Assembly (NCBI RefSeq): GCF_006345805.1
Contig: NC_043019.1
Location: 24,303,360-24,367,359 of the forward strand
DNA length: 64,000 bases
Source of the DNA: Octopus sinensis
Taxonomy: Eukaryota
Direction: 5' to 3'
The notes under the pieces were generated by a model. That model was not told the DNA's origin. It saw only the letters and a program-made list of their open reading frames with translations, and made no database searches. Made by a program: the position numbers and the translations under genes. Positions 13,150 through 27,778 of this stretch are shown here, piece by piece. Every line of letters begins with the position of its first letter. The stretch's first letter is position 1.

Positions 13150-14680
13150 TTATTGAATAACATTGTTTTCTGATAATTTTATACACTCAAATATTATGTC
13201 CCCCCGCCAGCCATGTTACAGCTGAAGACTTCCCTCCACTTCCCTCTTTTACAGGAGAAGGGGAAGAGAAAACGCAAAGCCAACCTCGCAGCAGCAACAG
13301 GGAATGCTGTAGCAGTAGTAGCACTGATAGTATTAGCAGCAGTAGTTACAGTAGCAGCCGCAGTAGTAGTGGTAGCGGCAACACCACCAGCAACAGCAGC
13401 AGCAGCTGCGGAAATGACAGTGGTAGCAGAGAGAGTATTTTGGAAGAAAGTAGCGGTAATAGTAGTGGTGAGAGTAGCAACAGTGGAAGAGGCCAGAGCT
13501 CCACCAACACCACCACCACCACCACCACCACAAACAACAACAACAACAAAAACGACAACAACAAAACCAAAAGGTTTGTTGACGTAGCGAACACAAAGAG
13601 GGAGATGTTTCCCATCGCACTCGATGAGAAAACATGAGAACTTTCAAAAGCAAAACACATTATTAAGTTTAAGTGGAGTAAAGCAGCAGTGCTCATACCT
13701 CCCGAAACGATAGAGTCTAAACAAAAAAGACGGTCTATTTTAGATGCGTATCATGCAAGAGTATGAGAGCAATAATCGTCTCCATTAGTCAGGTTGAGAA
13801 GTCTCAAAAAGAAATTTTAACCGATGTGGTTCATATACAAAGAGGAAAGCTGTATTAATCCATGAAAAACCAGAAATATCGAAAAGATCCCGGACCTGAT
13901 TCAGCTGCCCAACGGGGTGGGTGGGGACTGCGTGTCGTTGTGGAAGGCAGGAAGTCCAGATGCAATATCTGTGAGGGCCACAAGCCACCTCACAGCCTTC
14001 TGTCCAAAAACGTTGAGTGGTACGCGGCCACACCTGCTGCCTATATCGCATCGCCAACAACAGAAAGAACAAAGAACGTTTAACAAAACTGTCGCCTCAT
14101 CTCCAACAACAACAAAGGCACGTGAACCCCATATAATGGAGATAACCACCTAGAATGTCTCTCACACTAGCCCCAATCCGTCACACCCTCTCTCAAGCAT
14201 ACACTCATACAAACACACTCACACTATCACAAAAACAGTCACCGCGACATATCCTACAGACACTAGTCCCTCTTCTTCCCGTACTGAAGACGTGGACGAA
14301 CCTTACAAAGCGAAAAAGCAACGAAGACAAAACTATAAGAAAGCAGGTGAACTTACACCAACACCTGAAAACACAGCAAACCCTAGCACATCGAACATAG
14401 ACACAACAAAATCAACATCAGCACCACAACCACTACTACCCGAACCAAATCCATCAAGGCACTCAATACATGTAGCCTCAAAAAGAAAGTTTACACTCAC
14501 AAATACAGAAATACCCAATTATATGCTGGTATGGAGAGCCAACAAAAATTCGCTGGCTCTTATAGCCAGAAACAAAGTGATTGAGAGAGGGGTGCAATTT
14601 ACGAAGAGATTTCCTAGAGGAACAACGACCAGATCCACAGCCCGGGTCACCGGGGTGCCAACAACTCTAGGAGGCTAAGT
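13150..14680 (+). mobile_element. L1/Tx1-like ORF1 (gag-like) remnants with CCHC zinc knuckle and a triplet-rich 5' region
   Basis: 13960-14010 encodes C-N-I-C-E-G-(T)-S-H-L-T-A-F-C-P-K (CX2CX4HX4C) after GWGLRVVVEGR. An EDFPPLP motif lies at about 13225 and low-complexity CAG/ACC/AAC at 13270-13570. Confidence 0.7.
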
Positions 14681-14869
14681 AAACCCGTTCTTTTCTTTTC
14701 TTTCACCCTTTCGAGCCGTCATCGCTATTGTCAGAGGAGGATCCATAAATGTTAACATCAACCCCAGTACTTCACTGGTACTTATTTTATTGACCCTGAA
14801 AAGATGCTTGCGGGCTGAGGTCGAGCTGGAAGCAAAGTCGTTTTCACAAGAGTTAAATGTGAAAGTAGC

Positions 14870-17050
14870 CAGTGAGACCAGGATTTCCAACACGCGCTCT
14901 AGCACCCATTTTCGACGATAATGAGATCTACGCATCTCTTTGTCGACTCCGAATGAGAAGCGAGGTAGCTATGCTCTTTAGGGAAGGTTTGGATCTCGAG
15001 GTTCGGAGTATCTTCCTGGACCCGGAGGGCTGGTTGGTGGTCCTGGATATCTTCAGACGTTTGAACCTCTTGGACTGAAACACCATCTTGGACGCACACC
15101 TGAATAGGGTGGGGATAGCTGATTGGTAAAGGGGGAGTATAATCCTCACAAACTAGCTCTGTCGTTTCCAGTTGGCTGACAGGTACTGAGTGGATTTTCC
15201 GAATGCGTCAATGTTGAGATCAGCAAACTGCATCGGTTCTTCCAGATCGTATCTGGATAGAGTATTTTGTAGGTCTTTAAATAGTTCAGAATCGTCGGTT
15301 ACACGGACCACAAATTTGTGATCTGATCGGTCGAAATAGATAGGGACCATAGACAGGACCCCGAATACTGAAAACTGAAAGCGTCATTTCCGGCGCACCA
15401 AGATTACAGAGACTGTGTTAGCAAATTAGTCCATCGGACGTTGGCTGGTGAAATCTTCAACAACCGACGGTGGATAGCCCTGTTGAGGAAGCTGCATGTT
15501 TCGATGGGCATCCCGCGTGATCTAGGACGCGGTAGTTTCGTATCGACTTATGCATACCACGTCACCATAATAATGTCAGACATCTGGAAATCAAGGTGGT
15601 TGGCACTGCTCTAAAGGAATACAAAGCGGTGACAGGAGCAAAGATTAACCAGATGAGGGTGTGCCTGCAGTTTGGCACCTGGGGAGGCAGGTCCATGCCA
15701 ACCGACAGCGTTGTAGGGTGCTGGATGGAAAGTCCGGTTAAATTTCTCGGGAGCTTGTTTGGCCCGGAACTCCAGGCGGACAAGAACTGGGTGGTGGTGA
15801 CGAGCAGAGTGGTCAATCTCACCCATAAATGGGCTGAAAGGAAGCTGTCCCTTAAGGGTTGGGCGGAGGTGGTGAATGCGTACATCGCTTCCGTCATTTA
15901 CTACCTCCTGACCGTCATCCCTTGTTAGATAAAGCTCGAATACTTGCTCTTCCGCTTTCTGTGTTCCGCTGGTCAGACGGTCCATCTGCTGTCAACCTCT
16001 ACTGAGTAGGAATTTGGGCATGCCGTAGCTAATTATGCATCCACATGCGCTGAAGCTGTGACATCTCTAGCGTTTTCTTAACGGCAGTAGGTGAGGTTGC
16101 CGTTTGTCAAACGATATTTTCCGGTAGATCGTCTGATAGACGGAGCTTCTGTGCTGGATCAAGCGTAGACCAAGAAAGGGAGTTTGGCACCTTGAATTTC
16201 TGGCAAGCGCTCACAGCTTTCTGACAGTCGGTCAACGCGGTCGGTAGAAGTTCCACTATGGATTTCTACAGGAGCTAGTGGTGGGCAAGAACGATGACAT
16301 GCCTGGGAAAACTTTGGGCGTCGGAAGGGATGGGGGATTTGGGGCCAGGGTTAATGGATAAATTCCAGAAATCCCTGGCTTGACAGTGCTACCGCATAGC
16401 TCGGCCGGTTCGAGCGAAGCTCTACACGGAAGTGCTGTCATATGGATCTGCCCGAGATATGCGCAGGGCGATGAAACCGTTCTGCATACAATCGTCCATG
16501 TCTGTGCATGACTGACTTGTGGAGCTTTATCGAACAGCTGTTGTCGCGTGTAGAACGAATCCGGTTATCAGCCAAAGCCATCGCGAGTATCGCCCCGCGG
16601 GGGGGGGGGGGGCAGTTTTCTTCTCACTGGTGGCTATAGCGAAAGAGATGGTATGGTGGACGAGACTGAAGAAAGACATTCTCCTCTTCTGCCAAGCCCT
16701 CATCGACATTTTCAAGTTCTACTTGAAAGGGAAAGTGAGGGTAGAGAGGGAAGTACTGCCCCAAATAGTTTTGCTGAAAGGTGGATAAATATTGTGAAAA
16801 TAGCTCGTGTGAATGGGCCTAAACAGAATATTCGCCAGTAAGCCGGAGCAGTTGAGGGGTGTTTGTTTGGGGTGCCCTTGGAAGTCGGGCTGACCAGGAT
16901 TTGATGGGTGCCCTGGCTGGCCCTGGGTGGAACTCCCCGCAATTGGAGATTATTTTATTGTTTACACGATTTTTGTCTTAAATTTCACTTGTTCCTTGTT
17001 TTGTATTGCCCTTATATGTTTTTTTTTGTGTTCGGCCTTGTAGCCATTAA
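14870..17050 (+). mobile_element. Decayed L1/Tx1-like LINE copy C (APE endonuclease, RT core largely deleted, C-terminus, 3' UTR)
   Basis: EN-like EIYASLCRLRM.SEVAMLFREGLDLEVRSIFLDPEG at 14920-15040. LKEYKAVTGAKINQ and LSLKGWAEVVNAYIASV at 15600-15900. Ends at (TAA)n at 17057. Confidence 0.8.
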
Positions 17051-17056
17051 AGAAAT

Positions 17057-17258
<202 letters not shown>

Positions 17259-17259
17259 A

Positions 17260-20095
17260 AGATGAGAACTCAGCTTATTTTGCTGGGTATGATGGAAAGT
17301 GTCATTGTCTACAGCCAACAGACTAAGGTGACAATTGTTTACTGGTCATGCTTCAAGCACTCTGCGAAAAATTCTTGCAGTTCTAAGCATTACTGATTTT
17401 TATAGGTGTTATACTTTCACATTTGCCCCAATCTTTTATAGCCATGTCGGTAGTTGAGTGCACTAGTTACTATTGGTATCACGTCTACTCTCCTCATTGA
17501 CCACATTCTTCGTATTTCCCACTTCAAATCGTCATAGTTGTATATTTTTTTCTTTTTCTTTCACATTGATCCTGCTGTCACCGGTTCATACCATATCAAT
17601 TATCCTGCATGTTCTTTTTTTTTTATTCGCCACAACAATGTCCGGTTTCGATTTTTAGTCGGATGATCGCACTGGATCATTGTATCCTACAGGATTTTCC
17701 AGTTTTCATCTTTGGTGACACCGTCTGGGGTTTGCTCATACGTCTTTGCTCTTTGTCGGCCGTGATGTCCACAGAGGTCCCAATGGATTATTCTTGCCAC
17801 ATTGTCATAGCATCTTTTATAAGCGCGTTGTGCCAATTTTGGGCGTTTGCTGACGATGCTCCTTATGGTCTCACCCCTCTCACCACACATTCTACATTTG
17901 TCTAGTAGCGTTGTCTATTCTGCACTTCACATAGTTGGTACTTAACACTTGTCCTTCAGCTGCGCATATGAATGCTTCTGTCTCTATCTTCAGGTCATTC
18001 CTCCTCGTCCATTGCCACCGGTCCTCTGTAGCTGTCTTCCCGTTCATATTTATTGCAAACTATTTATTTATTTTTGTGTTCATTAAATTTTTCTTTCATT
18101 ACACAACTTTCAGTTTTGATGACGCCGGCCTTCTTCGCATGCTTCAACAATGGCTCCATGGCATTTTTTATATACCGCTCTAAGCTGCTTTCCTCCGCTT
18201 CGATGCAGTCCTGACAACTAATCAAATCTCGCCCACCCTTTCTTCTGGATAAGTTCAGCCTATCGGTGTCACTCTATGTGTAGAAGGCTCCGTATACTGT
18301 CAACATCTTTTGTGATCTTGGTATCCACTTTCATCTCTTTTTTTTGCCATTTTATATTTACCGCTCCATACCGAAGTGATACTATCGCCTATGAATTAAC
18401 TGCTTGGATTTTATTCCATCCAGCCAATTTTGAACGCAGCACCAACCACAGTCTTCGGAAGTACTCCATCTTCACCTCAGTTACTCTTTCATTTCCTTTT
18501 CCATTATCTCGTTGACGTCTAGTACACCAATGTATTTGTATCCTTCCGTTTCAATTTGCTTAATCAAGTCTCTATTCGGTCGTTTTATTCCTGCTAGGGA
18601 CTGTATCTTTCCCATTTTTAGATAGATTATTGCGCACTTGAGTCCAAATTCCGTTCTAATATCAGTACTTGTATCTCATCTTTGCCATACAGTTTCAAAT
18701 CATCCATGAAGAGGAGGTGGTTAATTATTTGGGATTTTCCCTTTAGTTGGTACCCCATTTTCATTTTTCTTAGTACCAAGGTTAGGGGTATCATGCAGAG
18801 AACGAAAAGCAACGGAGATTGGCTGTCACTATGGAAAATCCTGCTTCTGATATCCAGGGTGTCCAAGCTTCTTTCGTAAGATGTCGGTTCAGTTTTCCAT
18901 CGCAGCATACTTCTCTTTAGGAAACACGTTACATTCCTCGCAATTTCAAACACTCGATGATCCACGAATTTGGAATCATGCCATAAGCTTTGCGATAGTC
19001 AATCCAGTCCATTCCCAGATTTGTTCTCTTTCGTTTACAATCTTGCATTACCATTTTGTCTCTCAATAGTTGATCTTTGGCACCTTTGCATCTCCTACTA
19101 CAGCCTTTAATATATCTTTCTCATCAAGAAATTTATACAGTTCTTCTGTAGTTCCTCCTGACAGTAACTTCCACAGTAATGGGAGGTAGGAAATTGGTCT
19201 GTAATTGTCAGCAGCATTTCCCTTTCATGCATCCTTAAGCCACAACATCGTTTGTCCTTTTGTCAATCAGCTGGGGATTTGTACTTTATTGAACAATGCA
19301 TTGAATTGTTCTGCGATTAATTTATGGCAACTACTGAACATTTTTATCCCAAATCCCTGTACACCACCAGGTTCTGCTACTTTCCAATTACTTATCTTTT
19401 TACTCATATTTCTGATACTGTCTTCTGTGGAGTGGATAGCCTCTTGCTGGGGGTAAGAAGCTGTTTGCTTCAGGCTGCAGAGCCATTCAGCTATAGTATT
19501 ATGTTGTTCTTGCTTACTCCATATTTTACCCCAAAAAGTCGACTTTCATCAGCATCAGGAACTAATCTTTTACGTTTTGTATCATCATTAATCTACATTA
19601 TTTACATTTGATGATATTTGTCCTCACCTTGTTTGTAGTTAACACAACGTTTCGGCTGATAACCACTACGCCATATGCCCGTTGATAAAATCTATTTTGG
19701 TCAGTTCTAAGCAATTTGTTTTGCTGGTGTTGCTTAATCCGTTGTCCAAACCTAGTTAGCTTTGTTATTTTTGCGTGTATGCGGTGCTTCTGTTCTTCCA
19801 TTATAACATTCATGCCGAAAATCTTTCGGATTTCCATTCTTTCTTAAGTTCTCCATTTCTTTTCCTGACAAGTTCTGACACTTCACTGTTCAAGGAACTT
19901 AAATCTTGAGAAATACTCCTTTTACACCACGGTTGTTTATTTTCTTTTCTATCCGTCGCTCTTTTATTCTCAGTAGTTCTCAGTCCCATCCTTTCCGCCA
20001 CAATTCTATTATTTGTTTGTGAGATGTGAGAAGTTCTTTGTTTATTGCGAGCAATTTTCCTTCTCTTCCACTATACCACTGTCGTTTCTCACATG

Positions 20096-20096
<1 letters not shown>
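17260..20096 (-). mobile_element. R4/Dong-clade non-LTR retrotransposon (RT, degenerate CCHC, restriction-like endonuclease), 5'-truncated and decayed, flanked by (TAA)n
   Basis: Minus strand encodes [14 protein letters not shown] (about 19170-19210), IFHSDSQSPLLFVLCMIPL, HLLFMDDLKLYGK (18680-18850), CRMCGERGETIRSIVSKRPKL, and the REL core KPDIVV...IIDM (17590-17650). No APE domain was seen. (TAA)n lies on both sides in element sense. Confidence 0.88.
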
Positions 20097-20159
<63 letters not shown>

Positions 20160-20835
20160 GCTATATACTGAGGATTAATAGCGGGGAAATACAACGACGT
20201 CCTCGAGGAGACCCTAGGCGTCGACGAAGACGAACTGGCAAGTCTATTCCAGAAGACTTTCGGGTTGGACAGTACTATGGATAATTTTCAGATATCTTTG
20301 GATTTGGAAGAACATACATTTACAACACACTGATGAGTTTCAAATGTAGGGATGGGTTGTCATTTCTTTTCCATTTGAGGAAATGCTGATTTGCTTAAAA
20401 TAAGACTAACTGCACTTAATGTTTTTAAACATTCAATCACATCGCAAGAAACATGAATTTCACCAATGTTAATTCCATCTTACGAATCTCAGCATATACA
20501 TGATGCATCTCTTATCATCACTATTGGCGAAGCGCCTGCTTTATCAATCAATACATTGCATATAATTGAGATTATGGTACTCTGTTTGATAGATAGATAT
20601 TTTTCTTCTAGTTAACTTTCGCCAGACAACTGATGTTATTCCAAGGAACACGAATTCCGATATACTAGAATTACGTATCAAATATTTTTCTTTATGTAAG
20701 TTATTCAACTCACAGTAAATGTGAAAATTGCTGAACAAAGAGAATTAACAAGTGAATTTTGAGCATTGAAGTAGGTGTCACTATGGATTTTTGAAAATAT
20801 TCAAATGTAATTTCTACGGCACTTTAACTTGAAAT

Positions 20836-21000
20836 GGCGCAGGAGTGGCTTTGTAGTAAGTAGCTTGCTTACCAACCACACATTCCTGGGGATTCAGTCC
20901 CGCTGCGTGGAACCTTGGGCAAGTGCCTTCTAATATAGCCTCGGCCCGACAAAAGCCTTGTGAGTGGATTTGGTAGACGGAAACTGAAAGAAGCCCCTCG

Positions 21001-21081
<81 letters not shown>

Positions 21082-21350
21082 GCGCGCGCATCTGTGTGTA
21101 TGTGTGCATCTGTGTGTGTGTGTGTGTGTGCGTGCGTACGTGTGTGTTTGTGTGTCTGTGTCTGTCCCCCCACCATCACTTGACAACCGATGTTGGTGCC
21201 TTTACGTCCCCATTACTTAACGGTTCGGCAAAAGAGGCCGATAGAATAAGTAATAGACTTACAAAGAATAAGTCCTGGGATCGACTAAAGGTGGTGCTCC
21301 AGCATGGCCGCAGTCAAAGACTGAAACAAATAAAAGAAAAGAATAAAAGA
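20836..21350 (+). mobile_element. Full-length tRNA-derived SINE (family of 8806-9220) with an expanded internal TA/TG microsatellite
   Basis: Same head, central domain and tail (ggtggtgctccagcatggccgcagtcaaagactgaaac). Confidence 0.9.
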
Positions 21351-21930
21351 ATATCACAGGATTTATTTAGTTTTGGTACGTATATACTAGGTTTATATCT
21401 AAATAAATCCTGAGATTTGGGTACATAGCACCATTTCAATAAAATTTTAATAGGCTACAAAAATGACTTTAAAGACGGAGTTTCGGGACAGGACGCCCAT
21501 ATAAGTTGGATTTTGTGTTTGACGGGGATTTTTCCATTTCCTTTTTCGGATGATGGTCTTTGAAATGATTTGAATAAGCTTTTTATGAAAAAGATTTTGA
21601 GAAGTTTATGATGTTTTCTACCACTCATACTTCCCCATCTCCTTCGGATCAATTTTGGCCATTTTTCGTTGCACTACGCGCTTAAAAATGATGGGAGAAA
21701 CCTGTCCAGTAAAAAGAAATATTTATAAGTATTTTCAAAGATAATGGTGTGTGATTTAAGAGAGATTTAGCTGGTGTTTCTAGCACATCCCACGTCAGCC
21801 TGGTACCGTTCTCAGAATTGCATGTAGGCTTAGATAAAAAACAAAGTGTAAAAGCTAATTCCTTGCTTTAAGCATTAAAAAACATAAGTTAAAGATATTA
21901 AAACATCTATGTCACAGCAAATTCGTTAGT

Positions 21931-22030
<100 letters not shown>

Positions 22031-24265
22031 ACTCAAAACGAACATGGAAACACTAACACAAATTATCTGACTGTATTCAAAATCAGAAAGAATCAACACA
22101 TCTGACTTTAATAGTCTACAAAATTATATTCATTGAACGATATAATTTTGTGGGGCGAAATCTGATCAGTATGTATCAAAGAAATACCAATATCCGCTAG
22201 GTAAAATTCGAATACACATTGTTAAAACAGCGGGAGAGAATAAACAACGTTCTTAACACAACGATCCCATGTTAAGTTTGGGCTTAATTTAGTTAATTCT
22301 TTGTAGAAATATACACTTACTTAGTAATTAACTCCTCCATTTCTTGTAATTTTGACTCAAACTCGATATTTGAAGTCTTGGATTTGTGTTCTGTTTGACC
22401 TCTCGCCGCGCGCGAATATGTCAGTTTGGCAAATAGGACCAGTACATCACCCACTTTGTTGACTTTGCGGTTTTTCATCATATCGTGACCAGGTTTAGCA
22501 ATGACCATATTGAATTCGAGAGAAATTTTTCTCCTTATATAAATCATGAAGAATATATGTTCTTTTCTAAATGAAAATTAAGGATAAAATTTTCACTTTT
22601 ATAATTCGTAATGATTATCTGACCTACTCTAGTCGATTTTTATATCAAAATAAAGGAAAAACCTTCCTCTATATCATTTTCAACATAACTCAAGTTATAG
22701 CGCTCCAGCTAATTGAACTAGAATGAAGGCTACCCTACAGCAGTTAAAAAAAAAGCCCCAAACGAGACAAACTTTGTAAATGCATGGAAATACCAGGCTG
22801 TTTGAAGGGCACTGGCATGATATGTAACCGTCGGATTTTAATTAAAGCTATATAGAAGGAAGTTCACATTCAGAACTTTTAAGTGATATTTGACTTTTTA
22901 TGGGAAAATCTTTTTGACATGAAAATGAAGAAGCAAACAGTGCATTGTTGCGTTTTCAAATTGTGCTTGTCTCCATTGTACGACATTCTAATTGAAAATA
23001 ACACTTTAATTAAGATTGTAGAATTTCGCAACTACACACACCCTATACCATTAGGAATGACTGCCAATAAGGATACTGTACTAAAAAATTGTGCAAATTC
23101 AATCAGCATGCAGAATTTGGGAAGCCAGCCTTATGAGCCTATGCCTCGAGATAGACTTTGATCCACCACCTTTTTTTATATATCAAAATGGGGAGTTTAA
23201 GGAAATGAAAATTATGTGATTGTTTTGATAAAATTTCATAGTTAGTTAAACACCACTACTTACATTCATAAAAAAATATTGTAAATTGTAAATACACAAA
23301 TGAAAAATTTGTTTTATCTAATATGTTAAATTAATAAAAATATTTTTCAAAATTGGTATCCTTTTCGTTTTCTTGTATGTATGTATGTATGTATGTATGT
23401 ATGTATGTATGTATGTATGTATGTATGTATGTATGTATGTATTTATGTATGTATGTATTTATGTATGTATTTGTGTGTTTTACTTAGTATATACATACAT
23501 ACATACATATATATATATATAATATATATATATTATATATATGAACGTATATAGTCTGTGTGTGTGTGTGTGTGAATGTGTGGGAGTGAATGTGTGGGAG
23601 TGAATGTGTGGGAGTGAATGTGTGAGTGTGTGTGGATGTGTGTGATAGAAATATCGGGTAGTATCAAGTTGAGGTTCAACAAGTCTAGATATTCAGTAGA
23701 TGCTAGTTTCCGAAGCATTAAGTTCTGATAGTTAAAGCATTACATTACTATATTAGAATTGTAATTGCTCGTTCCATGTTATGGATACGTTTCAATCGAT
23801 ATTTTTATTTTATGTATTCCAGAGCGATAACAATCTACTGAGGTTAGGTGGTTCGCTATCTTAGGTTAATGATTTAATATTACTTAATTATTAAAGACTG
23901 AGTTTTATGACTAAATACAGTATACGAAGTTGGCAGTTTTATCCTAGTAAGCAGTTGGAGAAGTTGTATTGACGAATACTTTGTTAGCTTGCAGTCCTAA
24001 GTTAAATTCTGATAGAATAGCTAGAGACGAATAAAAGCAGCTTATCGATTTTCAACAAAAAATTTTCTTGAAATTATTAATTTCCCCAAAATTCAATTAA
24101 AATGGTTTATGAATTTTATGGAAGTATCACCAACATTAGAAAACTAACAAATTCAATTTATGTCAAATTGTGCAATGAAGCTTCAACGTACACCTCGTGT
24201 AAGTAACTTCTTTTTCTTTCATTTCTTTCGGTGAATATATATAAGTATGGTTTGTTATCTTGCAG

Positions 24266-24416
24266 CACGTAACAAGTGAAATGAGCCAAGCCTGTAAATG
24301 TCATGGTATGTCAGGAAGTTGTCAAATAAAGACGTGCTGGATGAAACTACCTTCGTTTAGAAAAGTTGGAGACTTATTAAAGGATCGATTTGATGGTGCT
24401 ACCAGAGTCCTTCCTG
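24266..24416 (+). CDS. Wnt1: Wnt1 penultimate coding exon ([51 protein letters not shown])
   Basis: Acceptor ttgcag ends at 24265 and donor gtaag starts at 24417. The 151 nt give 50 codons plus 1 base. Contains the Wnt lipidation motif [10 protein letters not shown] and the Wnt1-type RFDGATRV. The phase-0 5' boundary matches the start of vertebrate WNT1 exon 4 (TVFSEMRQECKCHG). Confidence 0.96.
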
Positions 24417-25049
24417 GTAAGATTAAAAGAGTTACTTAATATACATTTGTACGCAGACTAAAATGTTTCTCTTCTTCCTATATCAATTGCATTCATTAAA
24501 ACCAATTTATAGTTGACTAAGCTCTAAATTAATTTTTTTCTATAATTCAATTCATTCATGAGCCGATCACTAAGTTTGTCAGTAGTTACATTTAGATGAA
24601 ACTGGAATATGCACTTGCAACCAGAGCACTGGCTCGCGAGTTCTCAAATGTGTATCTCCTTTGTACTCATGCAACTCGCAACGCTAACATATCTGCTTTT
24701 CAAAATGTTATTTATTTCTGTGGCTTAATAGGAAGACAGGCAATACCCATAACGCTTTTCAGGACTCCCAAGACTTGTAGGAAAGGAGTTGTCTTTGGCT
24801 CGAATGCTTGCAATAGAATGAACTCTGTTACATGGCACACAATAACCAGGTGGGGTGTATAATTTCCATTTAAATTTTGGAGTCCAAAATGTTACTGTTC
24901 AGACTTAAATTTTTAATATTTCATAATCCTAGACTTTTACATTTGAAAACAAATTTCCAAAAGAAAACAAAATATAAAATATCTTAATGCCATCTTTCAC
25001 ATTAAAAAAATTACCATACATAATTTTTGCATTACTATTTGTGCGTCAA

Positions 25050-26650
25050 ATGCGCGCTCTCTGAGACATAATGGCACCAGACCTGTCCCATGACACAGAT
25101 GGCTGAAGTGGAATATAGCAAAAAATCTAAACGGTCTTTGTCGGTACAGCAGAAAAACGGTGTCTTAAACAGGTGTGAACTGTTCTTGGACGGTATTTTG
25201 TCGAACTTCTGAGGGGTAGCTTTTATTGACGCTTCGCTAAAACTTTCAGTACTTGAGGTGAAATGGTACGAAGTGTCAATGTATCTGAAATATAGAGATG
25301 TAGTAGAGGGATAGAACCTGGTAGTGATAGGTTATATACTTGATAGTTTTAGGGCAATATATATTTCAAACATCAATTATGGACGATCTTAGTAAACGGG
25401 TTAGAATTTGCTCGTAAACTTGTAGCAGCTACACAAGCTTGTATTATTCTGAGATATATATCCAACTCTACTCCAACCACCTAAAATGTAGGAACGGGCA
25501 GGTGGAATCAGGCTTTGGTAGTATATGAGTAACTTAGATTAATCGAAATCATTCGACAGACGACATTAAGGTATCTGTTTTCGTTTCCTTCAGAATCTGG
25601 CTACCTGCATTGCACAGCAACGTCTGTTGGTGGTCTGAGTAAATTCTCACCTATTCGTCTAAGAATCGTTTGAGATGAACTCGGCTTTTCAATAGTGCCT
25701 TCGTTGCTTCGTCCTTATATTCTGGCTTTTGAGATTTTACTGTGGAGGGATCATCCTTCTCCGACTGGCACACAAGAGGGAAATGTTTCATCTTCTTGAC
25801 TACTTTTGCATTATTACGAAATTATAAGACCTCTTAAAGGAATTATGCATTACGGGGTCACCGACATACCTTGCCGTGACAAAAAGATCAGATCGCATCG
25901 TCTCAAGCTTCATTTTGGAGAGATGGGGTAATTTGGTCAGAAGGTTCATTACTACTAACACTTACATCACAAAATATATGAAGGTCGTGGTGTAAGTCTC
26001 AGCAGTAGACAGACTATGAATGGCTATTACAACTGATAGTACTCGAATTTCCGCAGAGGCTGCAATATTTCTTTAGAATCCTGAAAGGTAATCCGGTAAG
26101 GTAGTCGTTTTTGAGACATATATCTCCAAAGCTGATGACTTCAATTGAGATGCATTTCTTGGTTAAACTTTTATAGAAGACTAGTTTAGCCTAGCGCTCA
26201 GAGCTATTTAGAAGCTGCTGAAACTGGAATTTCTTCAGGCGTTCTCAGCTCTCTATAAGTTGGACAGTGCGATCGGTGGAACATCACATTTTGAAATCTA
26301 GAGATATTAAGTGAGGGGTACTCTACCAGATATTAGCAAACGTTTTCTAGCACACTATCCAGTCGATAATTATGGACATTATTTTCCAGATATGATACGT
26401 GTGTGCAATGATAGGTACAAAATCATCCCTATTTGCACAGTAGCGACGTAAGTTGGGCCTGTCTATTATGACGAAAATGGGAAAAGGAACAAATATGAAC
26501 TGATCTAACATGTGGCTAACATGTGAATTGATATTATCGTGTATCGGATGGATTCGTTTGACATCGAAACCCAGCATAAAGTTTGCCACATTGATTTCCT
26601 TTAGCATTCAAACAGATAGTTTTCCCCGCCGTGATGTGATAGTGAAAGAC
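25050..26650 (-). mobile_element. Heavily decayed Penelope-like retroelement in the Wnt1 intron
   Basis: The minus ORF 26347-26607 has MLGFDVK...PFP...LRRYC, resembling the Penelope RT motif SFDVxSLF. A degenerate hammerhead-like gacgcttcgc lies near 25228-25260. Confidence 0.4.
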
Positions 26651-27693
26651 ATAATGTAAGGAAATATGGTGAAAGTCTGAGGTCAGAATTTTCTTATCAG
26701 CTTGTTTCAGAAGTTGACCCTGGAGTTGGATATAAAAGTATTTTACTCAACTAAATATTATGTATGACTGATAAAATTATTGTAAATCGTTTCGGGAGAG
26801 AGACCAACCTTTCAATTTTACAACAATGGCATACACGAATGCATGTACATAGATACACATATATGTATTCTAACTCATTTTTATATTTTATTGAAGGAAA
26901 CCAACACACTTACCCTGTATATCTGTGAAGATATTACCCCTTAGTTCTCTAAGTACTCTTAAAATTGTTTTCAAACGCACTTATAGCACTACAAGTAACT
27001 TGATGTATATACATGTACAGCGTATCGCACACTAGATGCCTCAAATCATGATAGAAAACATTTTGAAAACTTCAGAAACATAGAATAGGTGTTAATCAAG
27101 CAAAATCGACATATTAATGCATTTCATTGGGGTGGCTCTAAAATACCCTCCTTCAAATAGCACGAGGATTTATTTCCTTAAGAAAGTCAATGCAATACAG
27201 AAGATTAGTAGAATATTTTCTTGACCTCAGTAACACACTATTGATGAAACAAATATCTATTTGAGGCGGCAATACTTAAATTATATCTATTTGAGGCAGC
27301 AATATTCAAGCTAAATGCTTCACAAGTAACACAAAACACATTCTCAATATGAAGGTGAGCCCTATGATATTCTCTTACAGAAACTTTCTCCTGGATAAAT
27401 TTGCACATGACTCACTCGAAGTATATTGAAAAATATAGCTTCAAGTATAACTGGATCGAAATCCTTTCTATGCAAGATAATTTAAAACTGAAGCAATTTT
27501 TGTTATTAGTGTAAGTCACAGGTGTTAATTTTGCCTTAGATACAATGCCAATAACGGTACTGGTCTCAATCTTGTGAGACAATCGTTAAAATTTTCAAAT
27601 TGCTTTACTGAACAAGCCAATACTCCATCTATTTTGAGAGAAAAACATTTAAAATGACCAGAGTTAGAAATCGAAAAGTAATTGTTGCTGCTG

Positions 27694-27714
27694 TTATTAT
27701 TATTATTATTATTA

Positions 27715-27778
<64 letters not shown>

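Noticed and set aside
13215-13280. CTGAAGA-hairpin-AGAAAAC resembling a hammerhead
   Set aside because: GAAA spacing is wrong, no stem I or III was found, and the stretch reads as LINE ORF1 coding sequence (EDFPPLP).
20160-20760. Coding-looking frame (KYNDVLEETLGVDEDELASLFQKTFG) and adjacent minus-strand ORF
   Set aside because: No recognisable domain or splice context; not Wnt; left unassigned.
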